Shown here: positions 43,930 to 53,719 of the stretch, in pieces
Numbering within the stretch: position 1 is the stretch's first letter
Layout of the letters: each line of letters starts with the position of its first letter
DNA from: Polyangiales bacterium
GTDB lineage: Bacteria > Myxococcota_A > Polyangia > Polyangiales > Ga0077539
DNA: 64,000 nt
Assembly: GCA_041389885.1 (NCBI GenBank)
Contig: JAWKRB010000021.1
Location: forward strand, 56,842-120,841
Direction of reading: 5' to 3'
Translations under genes and position numbers: made by a program
Notes under the pieces: generated by a model
What the model was told of the DNA's origin: nothing
The model's database searches: none
Seen by the model: the letters and a program-made list of their open reading frames with translations, nothing else

Positions 43930-45120
43930 TCAGGTCAACCCGCTCCGCCTCGAGGCCCTTGTCAAATAGGCCGACGCGCAGAGCGCGAAGGCCGACGCCA
44001 CGCCGAACGCGTAGACACCGCCGCGGTGTGGGTACAGCGCGCCGAAGAGCAGCGACGCGGGCAGCGCCAGGGCGCCGTTGACGAGGTGAAACCTCCCGAA
44101 GGCCTTGCCCATGCCTCCAGCGGGCGCGAGCGAGGCGATGAGGGCGCGCTCTCCCCCCTCGGAGAGCCCGTAGTAGGCCCCATACACGAGCAGCGCCGGG
44201 AGCAGGTGCCACGGCCGCGTGGCGAGGCCGAAGAGGGCGTAGGCCACCGCGTAGAGCGTCCACGCGAGGGCGAGGCAGCGCGCGCGGCCGAAGCGGTCGG
44301 CGAGACGTCCGCCCGGCGAGGCCGACAGCGCGCGGAGCAGCGAGAGCGCCCCCCAGGCCAGGGGGAGCCACCGCGTCGGGATCCCCACGTCGTGCGCCCG
44401 CATCACGAGAAAGCCATCGCTCGCGTTGGCCAGGGCGAAGAGCGCCATCGCGCCGAGGAGCTCCCGCGTGGCCGCCTCGTCGCCCGGGTCGCGCGGGCGC
44501 TCGGCCTGGGTGGGCTGCGCCGGAGCCTGGGGCGCCTCGGGGGCGGCGGGCTCCTTCACCCCGAGGAGCGCCACCGCGATCGCGGCGACGCCCGGCACCG
44601 CGGTGGCGGCGAAGACCAGCCGCAGGTCGTCGTGACGAACCCAGAGGATCGCCGTCGCCACGAGGGGTCCGAAGACCGCGCCGAGGTTGTCCATGCCGCG
44701 GTGAAAGCCGAAGGCGTGGCCCCGCTCGGCGGGCGCGACGCTCGCCGCGAGGATCGCGTCGCGGGGCGAGGTGCGCACCCCCTTGCCCACGCGGTCGATG
44801 AAGCGCACCAGGAGCACGTGCCAGGGCGCCGCGGCGAGGGCGATGAAGGGCCGCGCGAGGTTCGCCAGGCCGTAGCCCGCGAGCACGAGGGGCTTGCGCC
44901 GGGTCACCCGGTCGGAGAGCGCCCCCGAGAGGTACTTCACCAGCGCCGAGGTGCTCTCGGCGACGCCCTCGACGAGGCCGACCCACTCCCCCCGCGCGTG
45001 GAGCTGCACGGTGAGAAAGAGCGGGAGAAAGGGCGTGACCATGTCGGCCGCGACGTCGGTGAGCAGGCTCACCACGCCCAGCACGATCACGTTGCGCGCC
45101 AGGCGTTTGGGCGCGCTCAC
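43930..45120 (-). CDS. MFS transporter
   Basis: There are about 12 hydrophobic helices. The MFS motif A-like segment is GALSDRVTRRKPL. Confidence 0.9.
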   Translation of the reverse strand: MSAPKRLARNVIVLGVVSLLTDVAADMVTPFLPLFLTVQLHARGEWVGLVEGVAESTSALVKYLSGALSDRVTRRKPLVLAGYGLANLARPFIALAAAPWHVLLVRFIDRVGKGVRTSPRDAILAASVAPAERGHAFGFHRGMDNLGAVFGPLVATAILWVRHDDLRLVFAATAVPGVAAIAVALLGVKEPAAPEAPQAPAQPTQAERPRDPGDEAATRELLGAMALFALANASDGFLVMRAHDVGIPTRWLPLAWGALSLLRALSASPGGRLADRFGRARCLALAWTLYAVAYALFGLATRPWHLLPALLVYGAYYGLSEGGERALIASLAPAGGMGKAFGRFHLVNGALALPASLLFGALYPHRGGVYAFGVASAFALCASAYLTRASRRSGLT

Positions 45121-45130
45121 GGCCAGAGGC

Positions 45131-46663
45131 TCACGGCTCTTCGCTGCCCATGATCGGCGCGACCATGGACTCGGCGCCGAAGAGCGAGAGCTGGAGCCAC
45201 CGCGCGAGCCCCGTGCCGCTCATGCGCGCCACGAGCTGCTGGGCGGCGCGGTTGAGCCGCACGAGCTCGCGCAGGCGCGCGCCGGGGTCGGCGGGGAGGG
45301 GGTCGGCGAAGCGCCACGAGGTCTTGCCCTCGGGGGAGAGCACGAGCTTGAGCCAGTGGCGCCACTCGTGCGCCGCGGCCTCGGTGAGCACCTTGCGCAC
45401 GAGGTCGTGGAGCGCCTCGGTGCCGCGGCCTGGGCCGAACAGGGCCTCCATCACCGCGGAGGTGGTCACGGCCTGGCTGCCGCGCACCCACAGCGCGCAC
45501 ACCTCGGGCAGGGCCACCCGGGCGACCTCGCCGAGCTGCGAGCGCTCGCTCACCGGGCCCGCCGGGGGCTCGGCGAGGGGCAGGGCGAATTGCAGCAGCG
45601 GCTCGGGGCTGGTGAGGTCGTCGCCGGTCGACGCGTTCACGTGGTACTGCAGCGCGGAGACATAGCGGATCGCGACGCTCGCCGGGGTGCGCGGGGCGAG
45701 CTCCATCGAGACGCCCGCGGGGCCCACCTCGAAGCGCGCGCTGCGCCCCACGTCGAGGTCGACGGCGCGCACGTGGTAGCGGTCGCCCACGAGCTCGGGC
45801 ACGCCCCAGAGGCGAAAGGGCTCGGCGCCCGAGAACATCCTCGCGACGGCGTAGCCGAGGTCGTCGAGGGTCCAGTTCACCTTCACGTCGAGGCGGCGCG
45901 GGGTGCGCTGGGCCTGCTCCAGCGAGAGCGCGAGGTCGGCGTGGGCCTCGGTGAGCTGCGCGAGCACCCCTTCGAGGAACGCGAACGACGTGCCCACGGT
46001 GGTGAGCTTGCCGGTGTGAAAGACCTCGGCGAGGCAGTACCGCTCGTCGTCGCCGAAGCGCACCCGCACGGAGTACACGCTCGTCGCGTCGGGGAGCACG
46101 TCGCTGCCCCGGAGCTTGTCGAGGGTCTCCTTCGCGCGCGGCCCCCAGAAGCGCAGGGTCACCGAGTCGATGCCCTGGTCGTCGGGCGCGCGCCGCAGCG
46201 CCCGGCGGTCGTGGCGCAGCGAGAACAGCACCATCTTCGCGTCGGCGTGGCGCGCGAGCTGCTCGAGCACCCGCGGGGGGAGCCACACGCACTCGAGCGA
46301 CCCGGTGCCCGCGACGAGGAGCTCGTGCACCCGGTCCGCGTCCTTGGCGACGCCCACGGTGAAGAGACGGCAGACGCGCCCGCCCGAGACGTCGAGCCAG
46401 AGCTGCAGGTCGCCCATCTGCAGCGCGAGGAGCTCGGGGTCGTGGGTGGGCTCGACGGTGATCCCCAGGGGCGCGCACACCTCGGTCAGCGCCGCGAGGG
46501 GCTCGGCGCGAACGCGCCCGTGCGCCTCGAGCAGGTAGACCTTCAGCGCGGCCCGCGACTCGATGTCGTCATCGATGTTCGGCGCGCCAGACCGCGCCGA
46601 GGCGGCCGTCATCTGCCGCTCCAGGAGGAGCGACAGGTCCCTGCGAGAGCGGATCTGCAACAT
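45131..46663 (-). CDS. Hypothetical cytoplasmic protein of 510 aa with no motif I recognise
   Basis: It starts at ATG 46663, has strong GC3 and a balanced, non-shadow amino-acid composition. It has no signal peptide or TM. Its stop lies 10 nt upstream of the MFS gene start. Confidence 0.75.
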   Translation of the reverse strand: MLQIRSRRDLSLLLERQMTAASARSGAPNIDDDIESRAALKVYLLEAHGRVRAEPLAALTEVCAPLGITVEPTHDPELLALQMGDLQLWLDVSGGRVCRLFTVGVAKDADRVHELLVAGTGSLECVWLPPRVLEQLARHADAKMVLFSLRHDRRALRRAPDDQGIDSVTLRFWGPRAKETLDKLRGSDVLPDATSVYSVRVRFGDDERYCLAEVFHTGKLTTVGTSFAFLEGVLAQLTEAHADLALSLEQAQRTPRRLDVKVNWTLDDLGYAVARMFSGAEPFRLWGVPELVGDRYHVRAVDLDVGRSARFEVGPAGVSMELAPRTPASVAIRYVSALQYHVNASTGDDLTSPEPLLQFALPLAEPPAGPVSERSQLGEVARVALPEVCALWVRGSQAVTTSAVMEALFGPGRGTEALHDLVRKVLTEAAAHEWRHWLKLVLSPEGKTSWRFADPLPADPGARLRELVRLNRAAQQLVARMSGTGLARWLQLSLFGAESMVAPIMGSEEP

Positions 46664-46710
46664 GGGTTCTTCGAGACGCTAGTCGACCGTCGCCTCGCGG
46701 CGCCAGAAAG

Positions 46711-47580
46711 CTACGCGCCCTCGCGGCTCCAGCGGTCCACCCGCGCGCAGAACTCCTTGGGAGACTGGAGCATCGGCGTGTGCCCGGTGTCACGGAGCTC
46801 GTCGTAGACCCAGTCCCTCCGGCGCGCGGCGACGGCCCGCGCGGCCTCGACGGGCACCAGCCGGTCGCGCTCGCCGTGGAGCAGCAGCGTCGGCGCGCGC
46901 ACCCGGTCGAGGTGGTGCTCGAAGGCGCCTCGCACCAGCAGCCGCCTCAAGATCGAGCGCGCCGCGCTGAGGAACGCCCGGTTTCGATGCGGCGCCGAGC
47001 GCACCCGCTCCCGCGCCAGCTCGACGTGCGCCTCAAGGACCTCGGCGTTCATCTCCCGAGGAGACACCCCGCAGAGTCGCATCCACTGGTGCACCGCCGT
47101 GCCCGCCTCGACGCGGCGTCCCGTGCGGTCGAGGTAGAGCTCGCCCAGGCCGGGCAGGGCGAAGACCCCGAACATCGCGGCCACGAGGGGGTCGGCCCTG
47201 CGCGCGTAGGTCCACGGCAGCGCGGGGTTCACCAGCACCATCGACTCGACGAGCTCGGGCCTCGACGACGCCAGGAGCAGCGAGAGCAGGCCCCCCATGG
47301 AATTGCCCACGAGGGTCACCGAGTGCCCCACCTCGCGCTCGATGATCCGCGCGAGGAGCGCGAGGTTCTCGTCGAGGGAGGCGTCTCGGGGCATCGCCGA
47401 CCGCCCGTGCCCGCGCAGGTCGACGGAGATCACCTCGCGGCCCTCGGCCAGCGTGGGCGCGACGGCGCGCCAATTGAGCAGCGATCCGCCGAGGCCGTGG
47501 ACCATCAGCATCGTCGGCCCGCCGCTGCCGTAGCGCTCGAGGTTCACGGCGCCGTCGAGGTCGAGGGTCTCTTGTCGCAT
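46711..47580 (-). CDS. Alpha/beta-fold hydrolase
   Basis: MVHGLGGS (oxyanion region) and GNSMGG (GxSxG) are present, with a C-terminal GHTP. I prefer ATG 47580 (MRQETL) to GTG 47649. Confidence 0.85.
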   Translation of the reverse strand: MRQETLDLDGAVNLERYGSGGPTMLMVHGLGGSLLNWRAVAPTLAEGREVISVDLRGHGRSAMPRDASLDENLALLARIIEREVGHSVTLVGNSMGGLLSLLLASSRPELVESMVLVNPALPWTYARRADPLVAAMFGVFALPGLGELYLDRTGRRVEAGTAVHQWMRLCGVSPREMNAEVLEAHVELARERVRSAPHRNRAFLSAARSILRRLLVRGAFEHHLDRVRAPTLLLHGERDRLVPVEAARAVAARRRDWVYDELRDTGHTPMLQSPKEFCARVDRWSREGA

Positions 47581-47790
47581 GGGGGGTGGGCGGAGACTAG
47601 TACCTTTCCACAGGGGATTTGAAGGGTTCTGCGCGACGGACGTGCCCACGTCCCGCGCTGCCGCGCACCCCTTCTCCCGAGGTGGGCGAGGGCGTGCGGT
47701 AGCGCGGTGTGGGCCCGCGGTGTGGGTTCACCTCAACCCTTCCAATCCCCTGTGACGCGGTGCCAACACCCGTCGCGGCGCGCGTTCAGG

Positions 47791-49497
47791 TCAGGGCGCG
47801 GGTACGCTCGTGCCCAGCGCGGCGTCCCAGGCGTCGCACTCGCGGCCGCGCCAACCGCTCACCGTCGTCGAGGCCGGCGCGATGCGGAGCAGCGGCTCGC
47901 CCGTGGTGTACGCCGACCACGCGGGGTCTCCCCCGCCGTTGGGGTCGCCGGTCGCGGCGAAGCGCGTCCAGTATCCCAGCATCGCGCGCTCGACGGCGAG
48001 CTCGTTCGCCGTGAGCTGCAGCGCGCCCGCGCCGAGGTTCTGAAACAAGAAGCCCAGCTCGACGCCGTGCCACGCGCCGAGTGCGCGGAGGGTGACCCCG
48101 GCGCTCTCGAGCGGCTGCGCGAAGAGGTAACGGTAGACCGCCGCGCCCGCGCCGCCCGCGACGGCGGCCCTCGCGGCGCTGCGCGCGTTGCAGCCGAAGC
48201 GCGCGTCGGTGAGCGCCTGCACCAGCGCCGCGCGAGGCGTGGGGTAGGCCGACGCGGGGTACACCGCCATCACCCGATCGGCGAACTGCGCGCCGCCCAC
48301 GGCCACCAGCGCCGCGCGGTACGCCGCCTCGTTGGCGATGGCGGGCACCGTGAGGCCCACCTCTTCGGTGTTGTGCCCGACGACGAAGGGGACCCGGTTG
48401 TGGCGCCCCGCGGCGATGGCGTCGAGGGGGCGCTCGGGGAGCACCGGGGTGCCGAACACCGGACCCCAGCTCACCATCGACGGGTCGAGGCCCGAGATGC
48501 TCACCGGCGCGGGCAGCGCGCGCACGACGGCGTCGGCGGAGAGGGCGCGCAGGCAGGCCGGGACGTCGGCGGCGGCGGCGCACCCCGCGGCCTCGACGAA
48601 GCGCGCGGCGGTGGCTCGAGACGCCTCGACGCTGCGCTGCGAGCTGCACACCCCGCTCTGCATCAGCGCGCGAGAGAACAAGCCCGCCGCCGCGGGCGAG
48701 GCGACGAGCGTGCAGACGTTCACCGCGCCCGCGCTCTCGCCGAAGATCATCACCCGCGTCGGGTCGCCGCGAAAGGCGCGGATGTTGCGCTGCACCCAGC
48801 GGAGCGCGCGGATCTGGTCGAGGGTCCCGAGGTCGCCGACCTCGGCGCCCGACTCGGCCTCGAGGGCGGGGTGCATGAGATATCCGAGCGGCCCGAGGCG
48901 ATACTGCGCCACGACCACCACCACGCCGCCGCGCACGGCGAGCCGCGCGCCGTCGAAGGACCGCTGCCCCGCCGGGGTCGTCTCGCCCGCGGAGCCGACG
49001 ACGTTGCCGCCGCCGTGGATGAAGAACATCACGGGCAGCGCCGCGTCGGCGGGCGCGTCGGCGGGGCGCCAGACGTTGAGCGTGAGGCAGTCCTCCTGCC
49101 CGAGCATCGCCGCCGTCGGGTCGAAGGGCTGCCCCTGCCGCTGGGGGATCTGCGGGCACGACGGCGCCCACTCCGTCGCCTCCCGCACGCCCGCCCAGCA
49201 CCCGCTCGACGCGACGGGCGGGCGCCATCGCAGCGCGCCCACGGGCGGCTCCGCGAAGGGCACCCCGAGCCACCGGAGCGCCTGCGCGTCGCTCGCGCCC
49301 CGGAGGAGCCCGCGCTCGGTCGCCGCGACCAGGGGATCGCTGGACGGAGCCGCGCAGACCGCGTCGCCGTCTGTCGGCGCGTCGCGCGCGGCGTCTGCGA
49401 CGTCGGGCGAGGCCCCGGCGTCGGGGGTGGGCGCTGAAGGTGTCCCCCCGCAGGCGACCGCGAGCGGGATCATCGAGAGGAGAACGCGGGCACGCAT
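47791..49497 (-). CDS. Type-B carboxylesterase/lipase-family lipoprotein
   Basis: The lipobox is LLSMIPLAVAC. FIHGGG and FGESAGA, which carries the Ser nucleophile, are present. Confidence 0.9.
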   Translation of the reverse strand: MRARVLLSMIPLAVACGGTPSAPTPDAGASPDVADAARDAPTDGDAVCAAPSSDPLVAATERGLLRGASDAQALRWLGVPFAEPPVGALRWRPPVASSGCWAGVREATEWAPSCPQIPQRQGQPFDPTAAMLGQEDCLTLNVWRPADAPADAALPVMFFIHGGGNVVGSAGETTPAGQRSFDGARLAVRGGVVVVVAQYRLGPLGYLMHPALEAESGAEVGDLGTLDQIRALRWVQRNIRAFRGDPTRVMIFGESAGAVNVCTLVASPAAAGLFSRALMQSGVCSSQRSVEASRATAARFVEAAGCAAAADVPACLRALSADAVVRALPAPVSISGLDPSMVSWGPVFGTPVLPERPLDAIAAGRHNRVPFVVGHNTEEVGLTVPAIANEAAYRAALVAVGGAQFADRVMAVYPASAYPTPRAALVQALTDARFGCNARSAARAAVAGGAGAAVYRYLFAQPLESAGVTLRALGAWHGVELGFLFQNLGAGALQLTANELAVERAMLGYWTRFAATGDPNGGGDPAWSAYTTGEPLLRIAPASTTVSGWRGRECDAWDAALGTSVPAP

Positions 49498-49561
49498 GCG
49501 ACGGATGATCGCGCGATCCCGAGGGCGCCGATAGCAGCGCCGTGCGCTCGGGCGCGGCGCT

Positions 49562-49828
49562 TCAGAAGGGCGCCCGTCGCACCGTCTGCGGCACCAGGGG
49601 CACGAAGCTCCGCGGCGCGGCCGGGGGTTGGTAGCGCAGGGCGCTGCGCGCGGTCACGCCGAAGGGGTAGGGGCGCTGAGGACGTCCGTTCACTCGAATC
49701 GCGCACACCTCGCGGGCCACGCCGTTCTCGGTGATGGCGGTGAGCACGAGGCCCTCGGGGCAGGGCGCGGGGTCGGCGGCGGCGACGCTGGGCAGCGCCA
49801 GCGCGAAGGCCAGGGTGATCGCTCTCAT
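49562..49828 (-). CDS. Small secreted hypothetical protein
   Basis: The signal is [18 protein letters not shown] and the mature part has two Cys. It lies 64 nt upstream of the carboxylesterase gene on the same strand. Confidence 0.5.
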   Translation of the reverse strand: MRAITLAFALALPSVAAADPAPCPEGLVLTAITENGVAREVCAIRVNGRPQRPYPFGVTARSALRYQPPAAPRSFVPLVPQTVRRAPF

Positions 49829-49896
49829 GGTGGCCAAGGGACGGGCGAGGCGCCGCGAAGTTCTCCCCCGCGGCTCGAATCAGGGATGATCCGCTC

Positions 49897-50364
49897 GTGA
49901 GCGAAGCGAACGACGAGCGCCCGAGGGTCACGATCTTCACCGACGGCGGCGCGAAGCCGAACCCCGACGGCCCCGGGGGCTGGGGCGCGCTGATGATTCA
50001 CGGAGGGCGTCGGCGCGAGCTCTCGGGCGGCGAGGCCTCGACCACGAACAACCGCATGGAGCTCATGGGCGCGATCTGCGCCCTCGAGGCGCTCAAGCGC
50101 CCCTGCGTGGTCACGCTCTACACCGACAGCCAGTACCTGAAGAACGGCATCACCACGTGGATGACGTCGTGGGTCCGCAACGGCTGGCGCACGGCGGACA
50201 AGAAGCCCGTGAAGAACCAGGACCTCTGGCAGCGCCTCCAGGCCGCCGTCGCCCCTCACGAGGTGCGCTGGCACTGGGTCAAGGCGCACAACGGCCACCC
50301 CGAGAACGAGCGGGTGGACGCCCTCGCCACCGAGGCGCGCCTCGCCATCGAGCGCGCCGGGTAG
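49897..50364 (+). CDS. rnhA: Ribonuclease HI
   Basis: [26 protein letters not shown] and [12 protein letters not shown] are present. The start is GTG. Confidence 0.9.
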   Translation: MSEANDERPRVTIFTDGGAKPNPDGPGGWGALMIHGGRRRELSGGEASTTNNRMELMGAICALEALKRPCVVTLYTDSQYLKNGITTWMTSWVRNGWRTADKKPVKNQDLWQRLQAAVAPHEVRWHWVKAHNGHPENERVDALATEARLAIERAG

Positions 50365-50367
50365 CGC

Positions 50368-51468
50368 TCAGCCGAGGAGCGCGAGGTCGTCTTTGTGCAC
50401 GGCCTCGTCGCCGTGGTGCACCCCGAGGAGCTCGCTGATCTCGCGGGTGTTCCTCCCGCGGATGCGCTCCATCTCCAGGGCCCCGTAGGCGACGAGGCCC
50501 CGCGCGAAGGGCGCGCCGTCGAGGCCCTCGAGCTCGACGGGGTCGCCGCGGCGAAAGTCTCCGCGCACCGCGCGAACCCCAGAGGGGAGCAGCGAGCGGT
50601 TGCCCTCGACCAGCGCCTTGCGCGCGCCGTCGTCGACCACGAGCGTGCCGCGGGCGCGGAGCGTGTGGGCGATCCAGTGCCGCCGCGCGGAGACCTTCTC
50701 GGCGCCGGCGAGAAAGACGGTGCCGAGGTCCTCGCCGCGAAAGATGCGCGGCAGCGCGGCGGGCTCGCGGCCCGAGGCCACGAAGGCCATGGCGCCGGCG
50801 TCGTTGGCCGCGCGGGCCGCGCGGAGCTTGGTGATCATTCCCCCTTTGCCCCGCGCGGAGGTGTCGCTGCGCACGAAGCGGTCGACCCCGCGGTCGCCGG
50901 GAGAGACCACCGAGACCCGCCGTCCCTCGTCGTCGAGGAGCCCGGGCGCGACGGAGAGCATCACCAGCACGTCGGCCTGCACGAGGTTGGCGACCTGCGC
51001 CGACAGCGAGTCGTTGTCGCCGAAGGCGATCTCGTCGACGCTGACCGTGTCGTTCTCGTTGATCACGGGAATGGCTCGCCGCGCGCAGAGCGCGTCGATG
51101 GCCCCGCGGGCGTTGAGGTACCTCTGGCGGTCGGCGAAATCGGCGTGGGTGAGCAGCACCTGCGCCGCGGTGCGCCCGTGCGCCGCGAGGGCCTCGGACC
51201 ACAGGCGAATGAGGGCCCCCTGCCCCGCCGCGGCGCAGGCCTGGAGCGCGTCCATGCGCTTGGGCCGCGCGCTGAGCTTGAGCGCCTCGACGCCGAGGGC
51301 GATGGCGCCCGAAGACACCACGAGCATCCTGCGCTGGGGGTCGGCGGCGAGGGAGGCGATGTCGGCGGCGAGGGAGGCGAGCACGGCGCCCTCGATGCGC
51401 CCGTCGTCGTCGGTGAGCACGCCGCTGCCGACCTTGACCACCACGGTGCGCGCGTCTCGGAGCCTCGT
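50368..51468 (-). CDS. proB: Glutamate 5-kinase with a C-terminal PUA domain
   Basis: VVKVGSGVLT and the PUA-like GDPVELEGLDGAPFARGLVAY are present. I prefer GTG 51468 because codons upstream to TTG 51516 lose GC3 bias. Confidence 0.88.
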   Translation of the reverse strand, partial: TRLRDARTVVVKVGSGVLTDDDGRIEGAVLASLAADIASLAADPQRRMLVVSSGAIALGVEALKLSARPKRMDALQACAAAGQGALIRLWSEALAAHGRTAAQVLLTHADFADRQRYLNARGAIDALCARRAIPVINENDTVSVDEIAFGDNDSLSAQVANLVQADVLVMLSVAPGLLDDEGRRVSVVSPGDRGVDRFVRSDTSARGKGGMITKLRAARAANDAGAMAFVASGREPAALPRIFRGEDLGTVFLAGAEKVSARRHWIAHTLRARGTLVVDDGARKALVEGNRSLLPSGVRAVRGDFRRGDPVELEGLDGAPFARGLVAYGALEMERIRGRNTREISELLGVHHGDEAVHKDDLALLG

Positions 51469-51556
51469 CACGAGCTCAGATCTGGGGTTCACGGGCGATC
51501 GATTAGCACCAGACAAGGCGTCTCATCCAGGTGCGTGTATTCTCCCGCGCCCAACG

Positions 51557-52387
51557 ATGCTGGCAGGAAAGCGATTCGCGTTCGTCGGAGCTGGAAACAT
51601 GGCGGAGGCCCTCATTCGAGGCCTCCTCGCGTCGGGCACGGTGACGGGAGAGGACATCTCCGTCTCGGGCCGCCGCCGGGAGCGCACCCAGCGCACCGCC
51701 GAGCGCCTGGGCGTGCACGCCGCGGCCGACAACGCCGAGTGCGTGCAGGCCGCCGACGTGGTGATGCTCTGCGTGAAGCCGCAGGTGATGGCGCCGGTGC
51801 TCGCCGAGGTGGGCGCGGTGATCCCCTCGGGGGCGCTGGTGATCTCGGTGGCGGCGGGGATCTCCGCGGGCGCCATCGAGTCGCACCTGCGCGCGGGGGC
51901 GCGGGTGGTGCGCTCGATGCCGAACACGGGCGCGATCGTGCGGCAGAGCGCGACGGCCATCGCGGGGGGCGCCAACGCCACCGAGGCCGACCTCTCCGCG
52001 GCGCGCGCGGTGTTCGACAGCGTGGGGCGCACGGTGGTGGTCGACGAGGTGCACCTCAACGCGGTGACGGGGCTCTCGGGCAGCGGCCCGGCGTACATCT
52101 TTCTGATCATCGACGCGCTGGCCGACGCCGGGGTGAAGGTCGGGCTCTCGCGCGACGTGGCGATGGAGCTCGCGGCGCAGACCGTGATGGGCAGCGCGCA
52201 GGTGCTCCTCCAGACCGGCGAGCACCCCGGGCGCCTCAAGGACCAGGTGACCTCCCCCGGCGGCACGGCCATCGCGGGCATCGCGACCCTCGAGGCCGGC
52301 GGCCTTCGCACCACGCTGATCAACGCCGTCGAGGTCGCGACGGGGCGCGCGCGGGAGCTCGGCGAGGCCTACTCGAACCGGGGTTGA
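51557..52387 (+). CDS. proC: Pyrroline-5-carboxylate reductase
   Basis: FVGAGNMAEALIRGL (Rossmann) and SPGGTAIAG are present. The ATG at 51557 was confirmed by count. Confidence 0.92.
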   Translation: MLAGKRFAFVGAGNMAEALIRGLLASGTVTGEDISVSGRRRERTQRTAERLGVHAAADNAECVQAADVVMLCVKPQVMAPVLAEVGAVIPSGALVISVAAGISAGAIESHLRAGARVVRSMPNTGAIVRQSATAIAGGANATEADLSAARAVFDSVGRTVVVDEVHLNAVTGLSGSGPAYIFLIIDALADAGVKVGLSRDVAMELAAQTVMGSAQVLLQTGEHPGRLKDQVTSPGGTAIAGIATLEAGGLRTTLINAVEVATGRARELGEAYSNRG

Positions 52388-53385
52388 GCGTGCGCGTCCA
52401 CGAGGCCGAGGTCACCCGCCACGAGGTGCCCAACGGCGATGGTTGGCTGCTCTCGCTGCGCCGCACGTCGCACCCCGCGCCGGAGCACGTCGCCGGCGGG
52501 GCCCCGCGGCGGCCGCTGCTCATCGTGCCGGGCTACGGGATGAATTCGTTCATCTTCGGGTTTCACCCCAGCGGGCGCTCCCTCGAGGAGCACCTGGCGT
52601 GGCGGGGCTTCGAGGTGTGGTCCGTCGACCTGCGCGCGCAGGGGAGGAGCAGGTCGCTGGGCGGCGAGGGCCCGCGGCGCTTCGGCCTCGACGCCCTGGC
52701 GCTGATCGACGTGCCCGCGGCCCTCGCGCACGTGCTCGCGTGCACCCGCACCGGCGCGACGCAGGTCGATGTCATCGGCGCGTCCCTCGGCGCGTCGCTG
52801 ATGTTCGTGACCGCGGCGGTGCACGGCCACGCCGACCTCGGCTCCCTGGTCTCCTTCGGCGGACCGCTGCGCTGGGAGAGGGTCCACCCCGCCCTGCGCC
52901 TCGCCTTCGCGTCGCCCACCCTCGCGGGGATGGTCCCCTTTCGAGGCACGCGCGCGATCGCGCGGCGGGCGCTCCCCCTGCTGACCCGGCTCCCCGCGCT
53001 GCTCTCGGTGTACCTCAACACCTCGGTCACCGACGTCTCCCGCGCCGAGGAGATGATCGAGACCGTCGAGGACCCGATCCCTCAGATCAACGCCGAGATC
53101 GCGCGGTGGATCGCCGCGCGCGACCTCGTGGTGCGCGGGGTGAACGTCACCGACGCGGTGGCCGCCCTCCCCAACCCCCTGATGAGCGTTGTCGCCCTCG
53201 GAGACGGGATCGTTCCTCCGGAGACGGCGCGCTCGGCGCACGCGACGAGCCGCGCGAAGGCCCGCAAGCTGCTCGAGGTCGGCACCCCGGCCCTCCCGAT
53301 GGCGCACGCCGACCTCTTCATCTCGCGCGTCTCGGAGGCCGAGGTGTTCGAGCCCCTGGCGCGCTGGCTCGCCGAGCAGCCCTGA
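52384..53385 (+). CDS. Alpha/beta-fold hydrolase
   Basis: PGYGMNSFIF and GASLGA (GxSxG) are present. The start is either TTG 52384, overlapping the proC stop, or GTG 52390. Confidence 0.78.
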   Translation: MSVRVHEAEVTRHEVPNGDGWLLSLRRTSHPAPEHVAGGAPRRPLLIVPGYGMNSFIFGFHPSGRSLEEHLAWRGFEVWSVDLRAQGRSRSLGGEGPRRFGLDALALIDVPAALAHVLACTRTGATQVDVIGASLGASLMFVTAAVHGHADLGSLVSFGGPLRWERVHPALRLAFASPTLAGMVPFRGTRAIARRALPLLTRLPALLSVYLNTSVTDVSRAEEMIETVEDPIPQINAEIARWIAARDLVVRGVNVTDAVAALPNPLMSVVALGDGIVPPETARSAHATSRAKARKLLEVGTPALPMAHADLFISRVSEAEVFEPLARWLAEQP

Positions 53386-53601
53386 TCAGCGAACGATCAC
53401 GGTCCCCTGCACCACCGGCGGCGGCGCGGCGTAGACGGTCGGCTGCTGCACGTACACGGGCTGCGTGCGCACCACCACGGGCTGAGGACGCACGTACACC
53501 GGGCGCGGCTGGTAGACCACGGCCCGACGGCGGACGAGGCAGCCGCCGAGGGTGGCGGCGAGGGAAGCGAGGACGATCGGTGCAACGAGCTTCTTCATCA
53601 T
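53386..53601 (-). CDS. Small lipoprotein with QPxPVYV repeats
   Basis: The sequence is MMKKLVAPIVLASLAATLGGC followed by YQPRPVYVRPQPVVVRTQPVYVQQPTVY. Its stop abuts the stop of the convergent hydrolase gene. Confidence 0.55.
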   Translation of the reverse strand: MMKKLVAPIVLASLAATLGGCLVRRRAVVYQPRPVYVRPQPVVVRTQPVYVQQPTVYAAPPPVVQGTVIVR

Positions 53602-53719
53602 GGAGGGCTCCTTTCGGCGGGGAAGTCTGCCAAGGATCATCTACGTACACAAACCCTCGCACATTCCATCGCCGCGTGCGCCGTGCTAAGGGCCAGCGCC
53701 CTTCAGCACGAGAGCCACC

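Noticed and set aside
50395-52383. 5' extensions of the proC (50600-) and hydrolase (50395-) ORFs across proB
   Set aside because: proB occupies this span on the minus strand. The family N-termini define the real starts: MLAGKRFAFVGAGNM for ProC at 51557, and TTG/GTG 52384/52390 for the hydrolase.
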